Source: Candidatus Binatia bacterium | GTDB lineage: Bacteria; Desulfobacterota; Binatia; UBA9968 | Length of the DNA stretch: 64,000 bases | Direction of reading: 5' to 3' | NCBI GenBank assembly: GCA_041483675.1 | Contig: JBGPGE010000006.1 | Coordinates: forward strand, 8,978-72,977 | Shown here: positions 35,944 through 45,959 of the stretch, piece after piece | Layout of the letters: each line of letters opens with the position of its first letter | Numbering within the stretch: position 1 is the stretch's first letter | Notes under the pieces: model-generated | Database searches by the model: none | What the model was told of the DNA's origin: nothing | What the model saw: only the letters and a program-made list of their open reading frames with translations | Made by a program: the position numbers and the translations under genes

Positions 35944-36930
35944 ATGGGAAGACGACTCAACGCAGGGCTCGCAGCGACCATCCTATTGACCTGCGCCGCG
36001 ACGGCGGGCGCGGCGGCAAAGGCGGCGCCAAAGCTCAAAATCGGCGTGCTCATCGCGCAGTCCGGCTCTTCGGAGACGCAGACTATCCGCGGCCTTCGCG
36101 ACGGGCTTAAAGAGCTGGGGTACAAAGAGCGCGACAACATTGTCATCGAAGTGAAAGATCTGAAAGGCGAACGGGCCGCGCTCCAACCCGCCGCCGCGGA
36201 GATGGTCAACAAAAAGGTCGATCTCATCTTCACCATTGGGACGCGCGCCACGCAGGCCGCGATGGCGGCGACGCGGGAGATCCCGATCGTGTTTCGCCAT
36301 ACCGCCGATCCCCTCGCGATCGGCCTTGTAAAAAACTTGAAGCAGCCCGGCGGCAACGTCACTGGCGTCGCCGCGTTTTCGCCGGAGATGACGGGCAAGC
36401 GGCTGGAGATTCTCAAAGAGATCGTGCCCAACCTGAAGCGCGTGCACATCTTATACGACTCGAACAATCCCTTTTCCAAGACAAGCTTCGCCGCCGCCAA
36501 AAAAGATGCGACGCGCCTCAGCCTCGAGGTCGTCGAGCACGCGGTGAAGACGGTTGACGAGCTGAAAAGCGCCGTGGGCGGGTTGCAAAGGATGGACGGC
36601 GACGCGATCTTCCAGGTTTCCGACGACCTGGTCGAAAGCCAGGCGGATACTATTTTCGAAGCGGCGCGGCAGTTGAGCCTGCCCACGATGTTCGACGGGG
36701 CCGACTGGGCACCCAAAGGGAGCATGGCGAGCTATGGCGCCAACTTTTACAGGATGGGGCGGCAGGCCGCGGCGATGATCCACAAAATTCTTAAAGGCGC
36801 CTCGCCGAAAAATCTGCCGGTTGAGCGCGCCGAGAAGTACGATCTACTGATCAATCTGCGCATGGCCAACGCCATCGGACTGGCCATCCCTCCGGCCGCG
36901 CTCAAAAAAGCCGATAAGGTGGTCCGATAA
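35944..36930 (+). CDS. ABC-transporter-type substrate-binding protein (ABC_sub_bind, PF04392-like)
   Basis: 328 aa with a signal peptide and the KIGVLIAQSG...IFTIGTRATQAA pattern typical of this SBP family. Confidence 0.55.
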   Translation: MGRRLNAGLAATILLTCAATAGAAAKAAPKLKIGVLIAQSGSSETQTIRGLRDGLKELGYKERDNIVIEVKDLKGERAALQPAAAEMVNKKVDLIFTIGTRATQAAMAATREIPIVFRHTADPLAIGLVKNLKQPGGNVTGVAAFSPEMTGKRLEILKEIVPNLKRVHILYDSNNPFSKTSFAAAKKDATRLSLEVVEHAVKTVDELKSAVGGLQRMDGDAIFQVSDDLVESQADTIFEAARQLSLPTMFDGADWAPKGSMASYGANFYRMGRQAAAMIHKILKGASPKNLPVERAEKYDLLINLRMANAIGLAIPPAALKKADKVVR

Positions 36931-36942
36931 TCCCGAAGGACG

Positions 36943-39612
36943 ATGGCTGAACTCGCCGACGCCATAAGAAACATTCCCCTCTTTTCCGGCCTCTCGCGCG
37001 AAGACGTGGCGAAGGTCCTGGGCAAACTCGAGGAGAAGAGCTTCGCGGCGGGAACGACGATCTTTTCCCAGGGCGACAAGGGCGACGCCTTCTACATGGT
37101 GCATACCGGGGCGGTGGAAGTCGTGCTGCAAGGGGGCGGCGGCCGGTCGGAAATCATCGCCGTGCTGGGACCGCAGGACTGGTTCGGCGAGATGGCATTG
37201 CTCTCAGGCGAGCCGCGCTCCGCGACGATCGTTACGGTCAAAGACACGACGCTGTGGCGGCTCAGCCGCGAAGCCTGGGACGATCTCATCGAGAAGCATC
37301 CCACCTGGCTGCTTCACTTTTGCGCCACGCTGAGCAAGCGGCTCGCCCGCGTCGAGCAGCAGTACTCCAAAGGCCGGGACGCCTTCAACTCCCTGGCGGA
37401 GGACTTCTACGCCGCGGCCACGCCCGAAGAGCGGCGATTCTTTCGCCGCGCGGCTTTGCTCGTCTCCATCGAGCCTGGAAGCGCCGACTATCTGGTGGAA
37501 ACGCAAGGGGCGAAACAATATCTCTCCGCCTTGGAAAAGAGCCGCTCGCCGCTGCTTCGCTCGCTCGAAGAGGGAAGGTACGAGCTGCACGGCTTCTTCC
37601 GCGACTTTCTGACGGAAAGACTTATCGCCGAAGAGGGCAAAGATGCCAGGCAGCGCCTTCACGCGGAGATCGCGGCGCGCCACGAAGCGCTCGGGATCTG
37701 GGCCTCCGCGATCCACCATCGAGTGGAGGCCAAGGATTGGTCCGGTGTCGCTCGTCTGGTGGCGACTCACGCGGCGGAGTTGCTTGACGGCTCGGCCCCC
37801 GCGGTAAAAGATGCCGTAGAAAAAATTCCGCCGGATCATTTTTTCACCGATCCCGGTCTGGTCCACATCAAGTCGAGGACGCTGGCTCACCTGGGGGATT
37901 TCGCGGGAGCGGTGAGAGTCTATACAGAGGTGCTGTCTCAAAGAGGCGCCGCCGCGCTGGAAAGCGAGGCCGTGGCGCGCTACCAGAGCATGGCCGACCG
38001 CTTTGTCGAGGAAAAAAAATACGCTCAGGCGCTCAACTGTCTCCGCAGCGCGCTCAACCTGTTGGACCAGGAGACGGCGGCGCTCTCCACCGGAGCCACC
38101 GGCGCCGTTTGGAGCAGGGAAAAGGTGGCCCGTGCGCCGAAGTCGGCGGCGCCGGCGACCGGGCAACGATTTAGCTGGCGCAGCGCCGTCGCATTTCTGG
38201 GCGGCCTCTATGCGCAGGGGTCGTTGGGAAAATGGTTCGGCGCGATTTCCGGTCTCGTCGTCTGGGCCTGGCTGTGGTTCTGGACGCCCGACATCGGCCT
38301 TGAGCCTGAGGCGACCAAACAACTCGGCCTGCTGAGCTTAACGTTGATCTACTGGGTGTTCTGGGTTCTGCCCGACTACGGCGTCGCGCTCATTTTCGCT
38401 CTCGGTTTGATACTGACGAAATTAGCGACGCCGGAAATGGTGCTCGGCGGCTTCGCCAGCACCACATGGTTCATGACCCTGGGAGTTTTGGGCTTAGGGG
38501 CGGCGATTACCAGCTCGGGGCTGTTTTACCGTCTTTCGCTGCAGCTCGTCCGCCTTTTTCCTCTGAGTTACTATTGGCAGGTCTTCGCGCTGGGCATCAT
38601 GGGAATCGTCGTGATGGCGCTGATCCCGCAGCAAAGCGCGCGCACCGCGATCATCAGCCAGATGCTCGTCAACCTCTCCGAGAGCCTGGGGTACAAAAAC
38701 CCTTCCAAGGCGTCGACCGGCCTTTTTGCTGCCAGCTTCCTCGGCCTGGGGCAGTTGGGTTTTCTTTTTCTCACCGGCTCGACCACCAGCCTTATCGCCT
38801 GGGGACTCCTGCCCGTGGACGTCCGCGCCCAGTTTACCTGGGGCTATTGGTTTATCGCCGCCCTGCCGCCCACACTGGTCGTCGTCGCGGTGCTGTTGCT
38901 GAGCATCGTCTTTCTTTTTCGGCCCGAAGCTCAACCCGCCGTTTCTTATAGAATGGTCCAGACCCAGCTCGACGTTCTGGGGCCGCTGTCGCAGAAGGAG
39001 TGGATCACTTTGATCGTGCTGTTGTTCACGATGACCGGCTGGCTCACGATCTCCTACCACAAGATCGACGGCGCCTGGGTCGCGCTGATCGCGCTCTGCG
39101 TCCTGATCAACACGGGGGTGCTCGGCTGGGGAATGATCAAGAAGAGCATTGACTGGGAGCTGCTCATCTACATGGGCGCGACGCTGACCATCCCCGCCTT
39201 GCTCACTCGCGCGAAGATCGATCAGTGGTTGGTGGAATATATCTCCCCTCTGCTGCTGCCCTTTATAGACAGCCCGGCGATCTCGTTCATCATCATCGCG
39301 CTCTTGAGCTACGCGCTGAAGCTGATCTTTACGAGCTTTCTCACGGTCGTCACGCTGTGCGTGGCGCTGATTCCGCTCTCGGTTGAAATGGAGATCAGCC
39401 CCTGGGTGATGGCGATGATCATCCTCATCGCGTCGGAGGTGTGGTTCTTCAAATTCCAGGTGGACTGGCACACGCTGGCCTACTCGACCAGCGAAGGAAA
39501 GGGCTTCGACTATTCGCTCATGTCGCGCGTCAACCCGTTCTACGCGCTGGCTTACATCCTGGGCCTCATGGCCGCCATCCCCTACTGGAGATATCTGGGG
39601 CTGATAGGATAG
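36943..39612 (+). CDS. cyclic-nucleotide-binding domain protein fused to an IT-superfamily (DASS/ArsB-like) anion permease domain
   Basis: 889 aa. Residues 1-130 form a cNMP-binding domain (FSGLSREDV...GDKGDAFYMVHTG...FGEMALLSGEPRSATIV). A helical linker of about 280 aa follows, then a C-terminal region of about 480 aa with around 12 TM helices resembling di/tricarboxylate or anion permeases. Confidence 0.6.
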   Translation: MAELADAIRNIPLFSGLSREDVAKVLGKLEEKSFAAGTTIFSQGDKGDAFYMVHTGAVEVVLQGGGGRSEIIAVLGPQDWFGEMALLSGEPRSATIVTVKDTTLWRLSREAWDDLIEKHPTWLLHFCATLSKRLARVEQQYSKGRDAFNSLAEDFYAAATPEERRFFRRAALLVSIEPGSADYLVETQGAKQYLSALEKSRSPLLRSLEEGRYELHGFFRDFLTERLIAEEGKDARQRLHAEIAARHEALGIWASAIHHRVEAKDWSGVARLVATHAAELLDGSAPAVKDAVEKIPPDHFFTDPGLVHIKSRTLAHLGDFAGAVRVYTEVLSQRGAAALESEAVARYQSMADRFVEEKKYAQALNCLRSALNLLDQETAALSTGATGAVWSREKVARAPKSAAPATGQRFSWRSAVAFLGGLYAQGSLGKWFGAISGLVVWAWLWFWTPDIGLEPEATKQLGLLSLTLIYWVFWVLPDYGVALIFALGLILTKLATPEMVLGGFASTTWFMTLGVLGLGAAITSSGLFYRLSLQLVRLFPLSYYWQVFALGIMGIVVMALIPQQSARTAIISQMLVNLSESLGYKNPSKASTGLFAASFLGLGQLGFLFLTGSTTSLIAWGLLPVDVRAQFTWGYWFIAALPPTLVVVAVLLLSIVFLFRPEAQPAVSYRMVQTQLDVLGPLSQKEWITLIVLLFTMTGWLTISYHKIDGAWVALIALCVLINTGVLGWGMIKKSIDWELLIYMGATLTIPALLTRAKIDQWLVEYISPLLLPFIDSPAISFIIIALLSYALKLIFTSFLTVVTLCVALIPLSVEMEISPWVMAMIILIASEVWFFKFQVDWHTLAYSTSEGKGFDYSLMSRVNPFYALAYILGLMAAIPYWRYLGLIG

Positions 39613-39615
39613 CGA

Positions 39616-39689
39616 GGACTGAGTGCTGAGTGCTGAGCTATGAGTACTCCTCCCCAACTCAGTCCTCAGCACTCGTTACTCAGCACTGG
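39616..39689. terminator. bidirectional hairpin between convergent genes (arms carry 2x gtgctgag / 2x ctcagcac)
   Basis: Long imperfect inverted repeat gaggactgagtgctgagtgctgagc ... ctcagtcctcagcactcgttactcagcac, filling the whole convergent intergenic gap. Confidence 0.45.
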
Positions 39690-40643
39690 TTACGGTTTTT
39701 TCTTCAGCAGGAACTCCGACTCGCTATACTCCTCGGACGCCAAGTCTTTCAATCCGGTCTTTTCGTAAACCTCCGCCAGCAGAAAATGCAGCGTGGGCTC
39801 GTCGGGATCTTCGTTGACCGCATCGGTCAAAACCTCTCTCGCGTCGTAGTAAAGCTCGTTGGAAGAGAGCAATCCTGCCTTGAGGATTGCCTGGGTTGTT
39901 TTCGGCAGGCCGGCGGCATCCTGAAGCGCGGCCAGCTTTTGCTGCACCGCCTTGGCGTCGTCGGCAGGCAGGATTTTAAACGGAACTTTGTCGACGGGAA
40001 AGCCCTTCTTTTCGATCACCCACGCATACTCCACGCCGGGCTTTAAGCGCGGCGCCGAGGCGGGATATTTGAGCTGCGTCAGAGAAATGTTCTCCGCCGA
40101 CCAGACCACGCCTTGCGGGCCGAAAACCCGGACAGTACCCGGCTGGCGTTCCATCCCCATCCACTGGAGCGTGGGCGAATCCGTCAGCACCTTGGTGTTA
40201 CGGGGGCTGACCAGCACCGGCGGGCGCTTGCCGCCGCGCACCGCGAGCGCAACGTACGATGGGGCTTTCTTCTTCCCCAGCAGCGCGCTGGCCGCGTCTT
40301 TTACGCCGCTCCCCAGCCCGCCCTTGGCATCGCCCGCCTTAATTTCAAACGGAGAGTTTTTCTCGTTGATCGTGACCGTTTTCCCCCCATCGGTGAAAAG
40401 CACGACCGCGGCGGCGTCTTTGGATGCCTGGATCTGCGTCCCCACGTAGAGGGATTGCAGCATCCCCGGCTTCTCCCAGGTTTTCTTGCCCGGAAGTTGG
40501 ATCTGTAGGTCGCCGCGATTGAGCTTGACCTCCGTAATCACCGCCACGGCGTCCTGCGCCGCAGCGCGGGCGCCGAAGAGGATCACGGTTCCAAAGATAA
40601 AAATGAGGCAGAGTAGGTACGTGAAAAAATTCTTCATCTTCAT
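39690..40643 (-). CDS. secreted FecR-domain-like protein
   Basis: 317 aa with a signal peptide. The central region (VGTQIQASKDAAAVVLFTDGGKTVTINEKN) resembles the FecR domain fold. Confidence 0.4.
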   Translation of the reverse strand: MKMKNFFTYLLCLIFIFGTVILFGARAAAQDAVAVITEVKLNRGDLQIQLPGKKTWEKPGMLQSLYVGTQIQASKDAAAVVLFTDGGKTVTINEKNSPFEIKAGDAKGGLGSGVKDAASALLGKKKAPSYVALAVRGGKRPPVLVSPRNTKVLTDSPTLQWMGMERQPGTVRVFGPQGVVWSAENISLTQLKYPASAPRLKPGVEYAWVIEKKGFPVDKVPFKILPADDAKAVQQKLAALQDAAGLPKTTQAILKAGLLSSNELYYDAREVLTDAVNEDPDEPTLHFLLAEVYEKTGLKDLASEEYSESEFLLKKKP

Positions 40644-40667
40644 GCTGACCTCCTTGCTTGCCCTTTC

Positions 40668-40726
40668 GTCATTCCCGTGAAAACGGGAATCCAGAGTCCT
40701 TCGAATCCCTGGACTCCCGCTGGAGC
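40668..40726. repeat. REP-like units of the attcccgc/gcgggaat family (gtcattcccgtgaaaacgggaatccag plus a partial second unit)
   Basis: Palindromes read from the sequence. Confidence 0.55.
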
Positions 40727-40809
40727 CTGCCCTCGACTACGATCGGGGGCGGGAGTGACAATTCTCTCTTTCCATTAAGAGTTCGGCTTCGATCATCTTC
40801 AAAAGGATA

Positions 40810-42693
40810 CTAGGCCGCTTTCTCCGTTCCCAATACCTCAAACACTTCGACCGCTTTCTCTCTTCCTTTAACCTTCACCTCTCCCTTGCTTTCCACTTTG
40901 AACTTCCCGTTCAGCCGCTCCACGGTTTCGCGCGTGATGAGGATCGAGGTGGAAAATTCTTTGTTGAGCCCTTCGACTCTGGAGCCTGTGTTGACCGTGT
41001 CGCCGGTCACGCCGAATTTCTTTCGCGCCCCCGAGCCGACGATCCCTGCGATGACTTCGCCGGAATGGACGCCGACACCGATCTCCAGGCGTGGAATACC
41101 CCTTTTCTGCCAAGTTACATTGAGCCTGTCAAGCTCGGCCTGCGCCTCCAGCGCCGTCGCCACCGCGTTTGCCGCGTGGTCGGGATCGTCCTTGTGCGCG
41201 CCGAAAGCGGCCAGCACCGCGTCGCCGATAAAGTCCACGATGCATCCCTGATGGCTCTTGATGACTTTGCTCATCATGGCAAACAGCTCGTTCAAGATAG
41301 CGACGACGGTCTCGGGCGTCCTGCCCTCGCAGAGCGTCGTGTAGTTTCTGACATCGGTGAAAAAGACCGTCGCTTGCCGCGTCTGCCCGCTGAGCGTCTC
41401 CTCCTGATCGACGATTTGATTCGCCACCTCGTAGTCCACGTATTGGCCGAGGGAACGCCGGACATGGCGGGCCTCCAGATAGTCGGCGATCGTGGCGCCC
41501 CAGCGAATGGCGAGCAGCGGAGTCACGAAGTCCACCCAGATACCGAGTCGCGCGAACGCCAGATAGCTTAGGGGAATCAGCAGCAGCGGGATGGCGGTGA
41601 GAGAGACAACGGTCGCCACCATCGGGCGGAACAACGTGAGCAGCAGGCTCATCGTCAGGGCAAAGACGAGCGAGAGCGACAGCCCGACCCAGCGTTGCGC
41701 CGTCTGGATCTGCGAGCGCGAGAGAATCGTGTGGATGATGTTGGCGTGGATCTCCACGCCGCTCATCAGCCCTCTGGGCGTTGGAAAAAAGTCGCGGCTG
41801 TCGCCGAAGCTCGCGCCGATGAGCACGATCTTGCCGCGAAACGGATTGTCCCCCGCCAGCGGGACCTTGAGCTTGGAGAGCTGGAAGACCGGATCGCTGG
41901 GGATCGCCGTGAAACTCCCCTGAGCGCCGGCGAAATTGATCTTCCAATGCTCGTCGACCTGAAACGAAAGCGGCGTCGGCTGGGGGAGGAGCTTGCCCTG
42001 GAACTTATCCCACTCGGGCAGAGGCAGCGTGACCCGCTCCGCCCGGTTCATTATGACCTCCAGCCGCGCGGCGTCGTATCCCGCGTAGCGGGCGAGGACG
42101 GCGAGCGCGAGCGAAGGCAGGATCTTTCCGTCGCTCCCCCTCACGGCCAGAGGCAACCGGCGGGCCAGTCCGTCCGAGTCGATCGCCGCGTTGGCAAAGC
42201 CGGAAACTACCGAGAGCTTGGGACTGAAAAACGGCGAGTGCGTGTAGAGCATATCACCGCTCACCTCTTTGTCCGGCCTGATGAGATAGACCGGCACGAC
42301 TTTGCTGAGGCCGTTTTCCGAGGCGTTCTGGATGGCCTTGATTAGCGCTTCGTCCTCGCGCGGGTCGGTCTTCACTTTGAACTCGATGTCGACGCCGATG
42401 ACTTTGGCCCCGCTTTTGTTAAGCGTGTCGATCAGCCCGGCGATGTAGGCGCGCGGCAGAGGCTGTTTTTCCCTCAGGTTATAAAAGGCCCGATCGTCGA
42501 TGTTCACTAAAACGATTTCCGGCGAGCGGACTCTCCCGCGCAGCCACAGCAGCGCGTCCAGCGCCTTGGCCTCGAACCCTTCGAGGAAGCCCATGTAGGA
42601 GACGAGCGAAGTGACGAGGCAGACGGAAAATCCGAGCACCAGGGATTTGTAGAACCGCCGCTTTCTTCGCTTGAGGATTTCGACGATGAGCAT
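40810..42693 (-). CDS. adenylate/guanylate cyclase with CHASE2 sensor domain
   Basis: ORF 40810..43017. The start is set at the internal ATG (MLIVEILKRRKRRFYKSLVLGF...), just before the first TM helix. The architecture is a CHASE2 periplasmic domain, TM helices, then a class III cyclase catalytic domain (FFTDVRNYT...DFIGDAVLAAFG...GVHSGEVIAGIVG). Confidence 0.7.
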   Translation of the reverse strand: MLIVEILKRRKRRFYKSLVLGFSVCLVTSLVSYMGFLEGFEAKALDALLWLRGRVRSPEIVLVNIDDRAFYNLREKQPLPRAYIAGLIDTLNKSGAKVIGVDIEFKVKTDPREDEALIKAIQNASENGLSKVVPVYLIRPDKEVSGDMLYTHSPFFSPKLSVVSGFANAAIDSDGLARRLPLAVRGSDGKILPSLALAVLARYAGYDAARLEVIMNRAERVTLPLPEWDKFQGKLLPQPTPLSFQVDEHWKINFAGAQGSFTAIPSDPVFQLSKLKVPLAGDNPFRGKIVLIGASFGDSRDFFPTPRGLMSGVEIHANIIHTILSRSQIQTAQRWVGLSLSLVFALTMSLLLTLFRPMVATVVSLTAIPLLLIPLSYLAFARLGIWVDFVTPLLAIRWGATIADYLEARHVRRSLGQYVDYEVANQIVDQEETLSGQTRQATVFFTDVRNYTTLCEGRTPETVVAILNELFAMMSKVIKSHQGCIVDFIGDAVLAAFGAHKDDPDHAANAVATALEAQAELDRLNVTWQKRGIPRLEIGVGVHSGEVIAGIVGSGARKKFGVTGDTVNTGSRVEGLNKEFSTSILITRETVERLNGKFKVESKGEVKVKGREKAVEVFEVLGTEKAA

Positions 42694-42835
42694 GATGATC
42701 GTACGGCCCCCGCGTGAGGGTATAGACAGACGCTCCAAGGTAGAGATATCATATTCGAGTGACGCTGGCTTGAGCAAACGGTTCAGTATGTGGCAAGAAG
42801 GTGAGCAACTGTAGGGGCTGTGCGAGAGCGCCACC

Positions 42836-45800
42836 ATGACAAACCGACGGAGATTTGCTATGCCTCCGGCTTCCGCCTTTTGGACCGCGATTGTAGCAAT
42901 TGTACTGTCCTTCGGAACGGCCTTTCCTGCCGAAAGTCCGCAAGCTTCGAAGTTGCGAGCGGTTCTCGATGCCCCGCCGCCGGACCCTAATGCCACGCCG
43001 AAGGCGGAATTGCTCAAGATTTATCTGGAACGCGCTCGGGCCGCCGGTGCCCTCGGCGACGCCGACCGGCAGATCCGAGAGCTCAACGATGGCATTCGTG
43101 TGGTTGGCCCTAAAGATCCCCTGTCGTATCTACTTTACGACTTGGCGGGACGGACGCTTGTTGAAACCGGTGATTTCCCGGCGGGGAGAAGCATGCGTGA
43201 AAATGCCCTCCAAGTCACCAACGACCGCGGCAATAAATTTTATCAAGCAAACTTCCTGGCGGGAGTCGCGGTGCGCTTGTTTGACAAAGAAGCGGCGAAA
43301 AAATATCTCGCCACGGCGGAAGAATTATTCGCCGCGGTCAGAGCGAACAACCGCGACTGGCCGCAGTTTCGCGACCTCTGGGACGCTGTCCTCAGCGATG
43401 CCAAAGGTAACGTGAACAGCATGCTTGGCCACCTCAAAGAGGCCGAAGCGGACTACCGTACCTGCGTCACGTCGATCCGTTCTTATCTCGAAAAGGTTCG
43501 CAAGGGCGCCGATGGTATATGGTACCCCTATCTGCCTCGATGTCTGAGCCGGGCGATGGCGCACGCCGCCATGGTCGGCAAAGTCCGCGAAGCGGCGGCC
43601 TATATCAACGACGCGCGCGACGCAGCGCGCCTTCTCGCCCAGACCCAACAGCGCGATAATTTCGAAGCGGCCACGGTCGCGTTTCCGATCGCCCGCGTCT
43701 ATTTGGAACAAGGACTGATTCGCGAAGCGACGGGCCTGCTCGAAAGTGCGATCGCCCAGCTGCAGAAAGCGCCCGGCGGCGAAGCCGGCATTGGGGTCTC
43801 CGACATGCGCTATCTGTTGGCGGAAAGCGAGATGGCCCAGGGCAATTGGCTCAAGGCGGACGAGATATTCAAGGCCTGGCGCGATGGCCTCCGCTTGAAC
43901 AAGCAACAGGTCGCTCTGACCGGAACCATCTCCCCCGAGTGGGGCTACGTCATGCTGCGGCTGGGTCGTGTTCAAGAAGGTCTCAAAATGATCGCCGCAG
44001 TTGTCAAATTCCGAGAAAGCTACGTTGACGAAGGATCGGTCCGGCTCTGGGAAGGCCGGGCATTTCACGCCCTCGGCCTCGGCGCGGCCGGGCAAAGAGA
44101 CGCGGCGGTTAAGACGCTTGCGGCGGCGATACCGAAAATCTTAGTGCTGCGCACGGACAAGAACACCTCCGCCGAGCACGGCTATTTATCGACGGCGCGG
44201 CTCAATTGGTTCTTGGACGGTTACATCGCGCTCTTGGCGGACATGCATCAGAAAGGATCGCGTCTCGAAGGCATCGATCCCGCCAACGAAGCTTTTCAGA
44301 TGGCGGATGCGGCGCGCGGCAGTAAAGTTCAGAAGGCGCTCTCGGCGGCGATTATCCGCGCCAACAGCAGCGACCCGGAGTCCGCGGCGGTAATGCGCCG
44401 CGCGCAGGACTTGGAACATGCCGTTAGGGTCGCCTCCGAATCGCTCACCATACTTCAAAGCGCGGCGAACAGTCCGGAAAAAGCGCCGTCAGTCGCCCAG
44501 GCGCAAGCCGAGCTGGTCCGTTTGCGCCAAGAAAATGAAAAGGCCCAAGCGGAACTGCGGCTTAAGATGCCCAACTACACCGAGCTTATGGAGCCCAAAG
44601 CGCTGACGATTGCCGATGCGCAGAAGCTATTGCGTGCGGATGAAGCGCTGATTTCTTTTTATACGACGCAAGACAAGACGCTGGTCTGGGCGATGACGGC
44701 AAAGGGACAGCCTGCATTTAGCGTTGTCGATTTGCCGCAGGCATCGCTGGTTGAGATCGTCGCCAAGCTGCGAAAATCCCTCGATCCCAGCGACGTCGAT
44801 ATCAACAACCTGCCGAGCTTCGATTACGACACCGCTTACGATCTCTATCGAAAACTACTGGCGCCCGTGGAACCTGGCTGGAAAGGCGCCAGGGAGTTGA
44901 TCATCGTTTCGCACGGAGCTTTGAGCGAGCTGCCGCTTTCGGTGCTCGTCACAACTCCTTTCAAGCCGAAGAAGGCCAGCCAGAGCGCCATACCATTCGC
45001 GGAACACGCCGATGCGCCGTGGCTGCTCAAGCAGGCGGCGATTTCCTATCTGCCGTCCCTTAGCGCCTTGTCCAGTCTCAGAACCACGCCGTCGCAACCG
45101 GCGGCGAAAAGTTTTATCGGTTTCGGCGATCCGCTGTTCAAAGAGATTCGGCAATCGGGCGGATCGTCTGCGAAAGTAGCATCGCGCGGAATCGTTCGGC
45201 GCAATGCGACGGCGCCGGGAGCGCTGGCTAATGCAGCCCAACTCCAGCGGCGGTCGAGCAACCTCGAACTGCTCGAACCCTTACCCGACACCTCGGAAGA
45301 AGTGCGCGAGATCGCCAGGATTCTCCGCGCCGACGAAGAGAAAGACGTCAATCTTGGGCAGCGTGCATCGGAGAAACTGGTAAAAAGCACGGATCTTTCC
45401 CAGTACCGCGTCGTGATGTTTGCAACTCATGGACTCGTTGCCGGTGAACTACCCGAGCTGACCCAACCGGCGTTGGCGCTCAGCAATCCCAACTTTACTA
45501 ATGAAAAGGACGACGGGCTGCTGACCCTCGCGGAAATACTCGACCTGAAACTGCGCGCAGATTGGGTCGTGCTATCGGCGTGTAATACCGCGTCGGCGGA
45601 TGGGCAAGCATCGGAAGCCGTCTCCGGTCTTGGCCGCGCTTTCTTCTTCGCCGGAGCGAAGGCATTATTGGTATCGCATTGGCCCGTGGAAACGGTTTCG
45701 GCGAAGCTACTGACGACGGAATTATTCAAGCGCCAGTCGGCGAACGCCAAGCTCGGCAGGGCCCAAGCGGTGCGCGAAGCCTCGCTCGCGGTCATGCAGC

Positions 45801-45889
45801 AATCGGCGAAACCCGACCGCGGCCAGCCCTACAGCTACGCCCATCCCATGTTCTGGGCGCCTTTCGTGATCGTCGGCGACGGCGGCTGA
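42836..45889 (+). CDS. CHAT-domain protein with N-terminal signal peptide and TPR-like repeats
   Basis: 1017 aa. The C-terminal CHAT (caspase-like) domain carries the catalytic-dyad context ...VMFATHG... and ...VLSACNTA... Confidence 0.65.
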   Translation: MTNRRRFAMPPASAFWTAIVAIVLSFGTAFPAESPQASKLRAVLDAPPPDPNATPKAELLKIYLERARAAGALGDADRQIRELNDGIRVVGPKDPLSYLLYDLAGRTLVETGDFPAGRSMRENALQVTNDRGNKFYQANFLAGVAVRLFDKEAAKKYLATAEELFAAVRANNRDWPQFRDLWDAVLSDAKGNVNSMLGHLKEAEADYRTCVTSIRSYLEKVRKGADGIWYPYLPRCLSRAMAHAAMVGKVREAAAYINDARDAARLLAQTQQRDNFEAATVAFPIARVYLEQGLIREATGLLESAIAQLQKAPGGEAGIGVSDMRYLLAESEMAQGNWLKADEIFKAWRDGLRLNKQQVALTGTISPEWGYVMLRLGRVQEGLKMIAAVVKFRESYVDEGSVRLWEGRAFHALGLGAAGQRDAAVKTLAAAIPKILVLRTDKNTSAEHGYLSTARLNWFLDGYIALLADMHQKGSRLEGIDPANEAFQMADAARGSKVQKALSAAIIRANSSDPESAAVMRRAQDLEHAVRVASESLTILQSAANSPEKAPSVAQAQAELVRLRQENEKAQAELRLKMPNYTELMEPKALTIADAQKLLRADEALISFYTTQDKTLVWAMTAKGQPAFSVVDLPQASLVEIVAKLRKSLDPSDVDINNLPSFDYDTAYDLYRKLLAPVEPGWKGARELIIVSHGALSELPLSVLVTTPFKPKKASQSAIPFAEHADAPWLLKQAAISYLPSLSALSSLRTTPSQPAAKSFIGFGDPLFKEIRQSGGSSAKVASRGIVRRNATAPGALANAAQLQRRSSNLELLEPLPDTSEEVREIARILRADEEKDVNLGQRASEKLVKSTDLSQYRVVMFATHGLVAGELPELTQPALALSNPNFTNEKDDGLLTLAEILDLKLRADWVVLSACNTASADGQASEAVSGLGRAFFFAGAKALLVSHWPVETVSAKLLTTELFKRQSANAKLGRAQAVREASLAVMQQSAKPDRGQPYSYAHPMFWAPFVIVGDGG

Positions 45890-45959
45890 GCGTGAAGCCG
45901 ATCGGAGAATCGACACGTCGGCTCTGCGGTCGCTCCGTGTGTTGGCAGGCGCCCCGTCT

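Noticed and set aside
37204-39672. ORFs 37204..38322 (-) and 38494..39672 (-) antisense to the cNMP/permease fusion gene
   Set aside because: Shadow ORFs with R/G/D-rich low complexity.
41129-42345. ORFs 41129..41947 (-, alternative frame) and 41695..42345 (+, antisense) within the CHASE2 cyclase gene
   Set aside because: Both overlap the cyclase. The real gene's frame carries clear CHASE2 and cyclase motifs.
43325-44095. 256-aa ORF antisense to the CHAT-TPR gene
   Set aside because: Antisense shadow ORF.
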